From contig CM000154.2 in assembly GCA_000004695.1 (NCBI GenBank), positions 96,001 to 160,000 of the forward strand: a stretch of DNA of 64,000 bases, written 5' to 3'. The notes below the pieces were generated by a model. It was not told where the DNA came from, did not search any database, and worked only from the letters and a program-made list of their open reading frames with translations. Shown in pieces: positions 63,445 through 64,000 of this stretch (within the stretch, counting starts at the first letter, position 1; each line of letters begins with the position of its first letter). This DNA is from Dictyostelium discoideum. Taxonomy: Eukaryota. Both the position numbers and the translations under genes were made by a program.

Positions 63445-63977
63445 TTACTTTAACAATTGAATAGGTTTCATTTTATTTTTATCTAAAATATTAGGATCAG
63501 CACCAAATTGTAATAATAAATTAACTATTTCCATATTACCTTGTTGGTAAGCTTTATGAAGTGGTGTCATACCATCTGAATCTATTAAATCAACTTTGGT
63601 TATACCTTTTTTTAATAATAATTTTGTATTCTTTAAAAATAAAATAAAATAAAAAATTAATTTTTAATAAAAATAATAACAAAAAATAAAAATAAAAAAA
63701 AAACACAACTTACATTTATAGAATTACAAAAACATGATCTATGAAGAGGTGTTGCACCACCACTAGTTTGACAATTAATGTTTGCACCATTATCTAATAA
63801 CAATTGAACTATGTCATTATTTTTATCATTTCTAACTGCATAGTGCAATGGATAATAACCTGATGAATCCATAGTATTTGAAAGTGATGAATTTTTATAT
63901 AACAATTGTTCAACCTTTTTAAAATCTGAATTTATAATTGAACCCCATATTCCTCTTTCAAAATTTAATTCATCCAA
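63445..63977 (-). CDS. Small ankyrin-repeat protein (~149 aa), 2 exons 63714-63977 and 63445-63630
   Basis: Exon 1 is [88 protein letters not shown], ending at a GTAAGT donor (phase 0). A ...tttaaag acceptor leads into [61 protein letters not shown]. Canonical ANK motifs (TPLH, LLL..GA) are present. Confidence 0.7.
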
Positions 63978-64000
63978 TGATTGTGTAACTGAGTCAACTT

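Overview
This 64-kb window is eukaryotic nuclear DNA, about 78% A+T, with hallmarks that point to a Dictyostelium discoideum-like social amoeba: short GTAAGT/GTATGT...AG introns (typically 85-180 nt), long homopolymer runs, (AAT)n and (CAA)n microsatellites translated as poly-N and poly-Q, and no prokaryotic operon, CRISPR or rRNA signals. I model about 35 protein-coding genes. Many are multi-exon and are fragmented or missed in the Met-to-stop ORF track. Notable content: (i) a tandem array of five APC-superfamily amino-acid permease genes on the minus strand (74-10843). Four are near-identical two-exon copies. One is a divergent intron-less copy with a poly-N extension, and an internally deleted remnant of that type lies in a spacer. 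A conserved CCAAT-containing block sits upstream of copies 2-4. (ii) A set of bacterial-looking genes: two paralogous GNAT acetyltransferases, a degenerate Fic-domain pseudogene, a TIR-like (COG4271-type) nucleotide-binding domain ORF whose link to its upstream exons is unresolved, and a Gfo/Idh/MocA oxidoreductase transcribed divergently from it. (iii) Recognisable conserved eukaryotic genes: TFIIE-beta, PRMT5, TAF5, eIF3j, a p80/Ctr-like copper-transporter gene with two previously unmodelled 3' micro-exons, an Eps15-like EH-domain adaptor, a CLU-domain protein with C-terminal LRRs, TMEM19, an SLC35/TPT transporter and a dynamin-family GTPase. (iv) A protein-kinase-like reading frame broken by two in-frame TAA stops, a 3' gene-fragment duplication, a perfect 26-bp palindrome, and a small two-exon secreted/membrane protein gene absent from the ORF track. 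Splice coordinates were derived by hand and checked for phase against the ORF track; treat them as +/-1-2 nt, especially near homopolymers.
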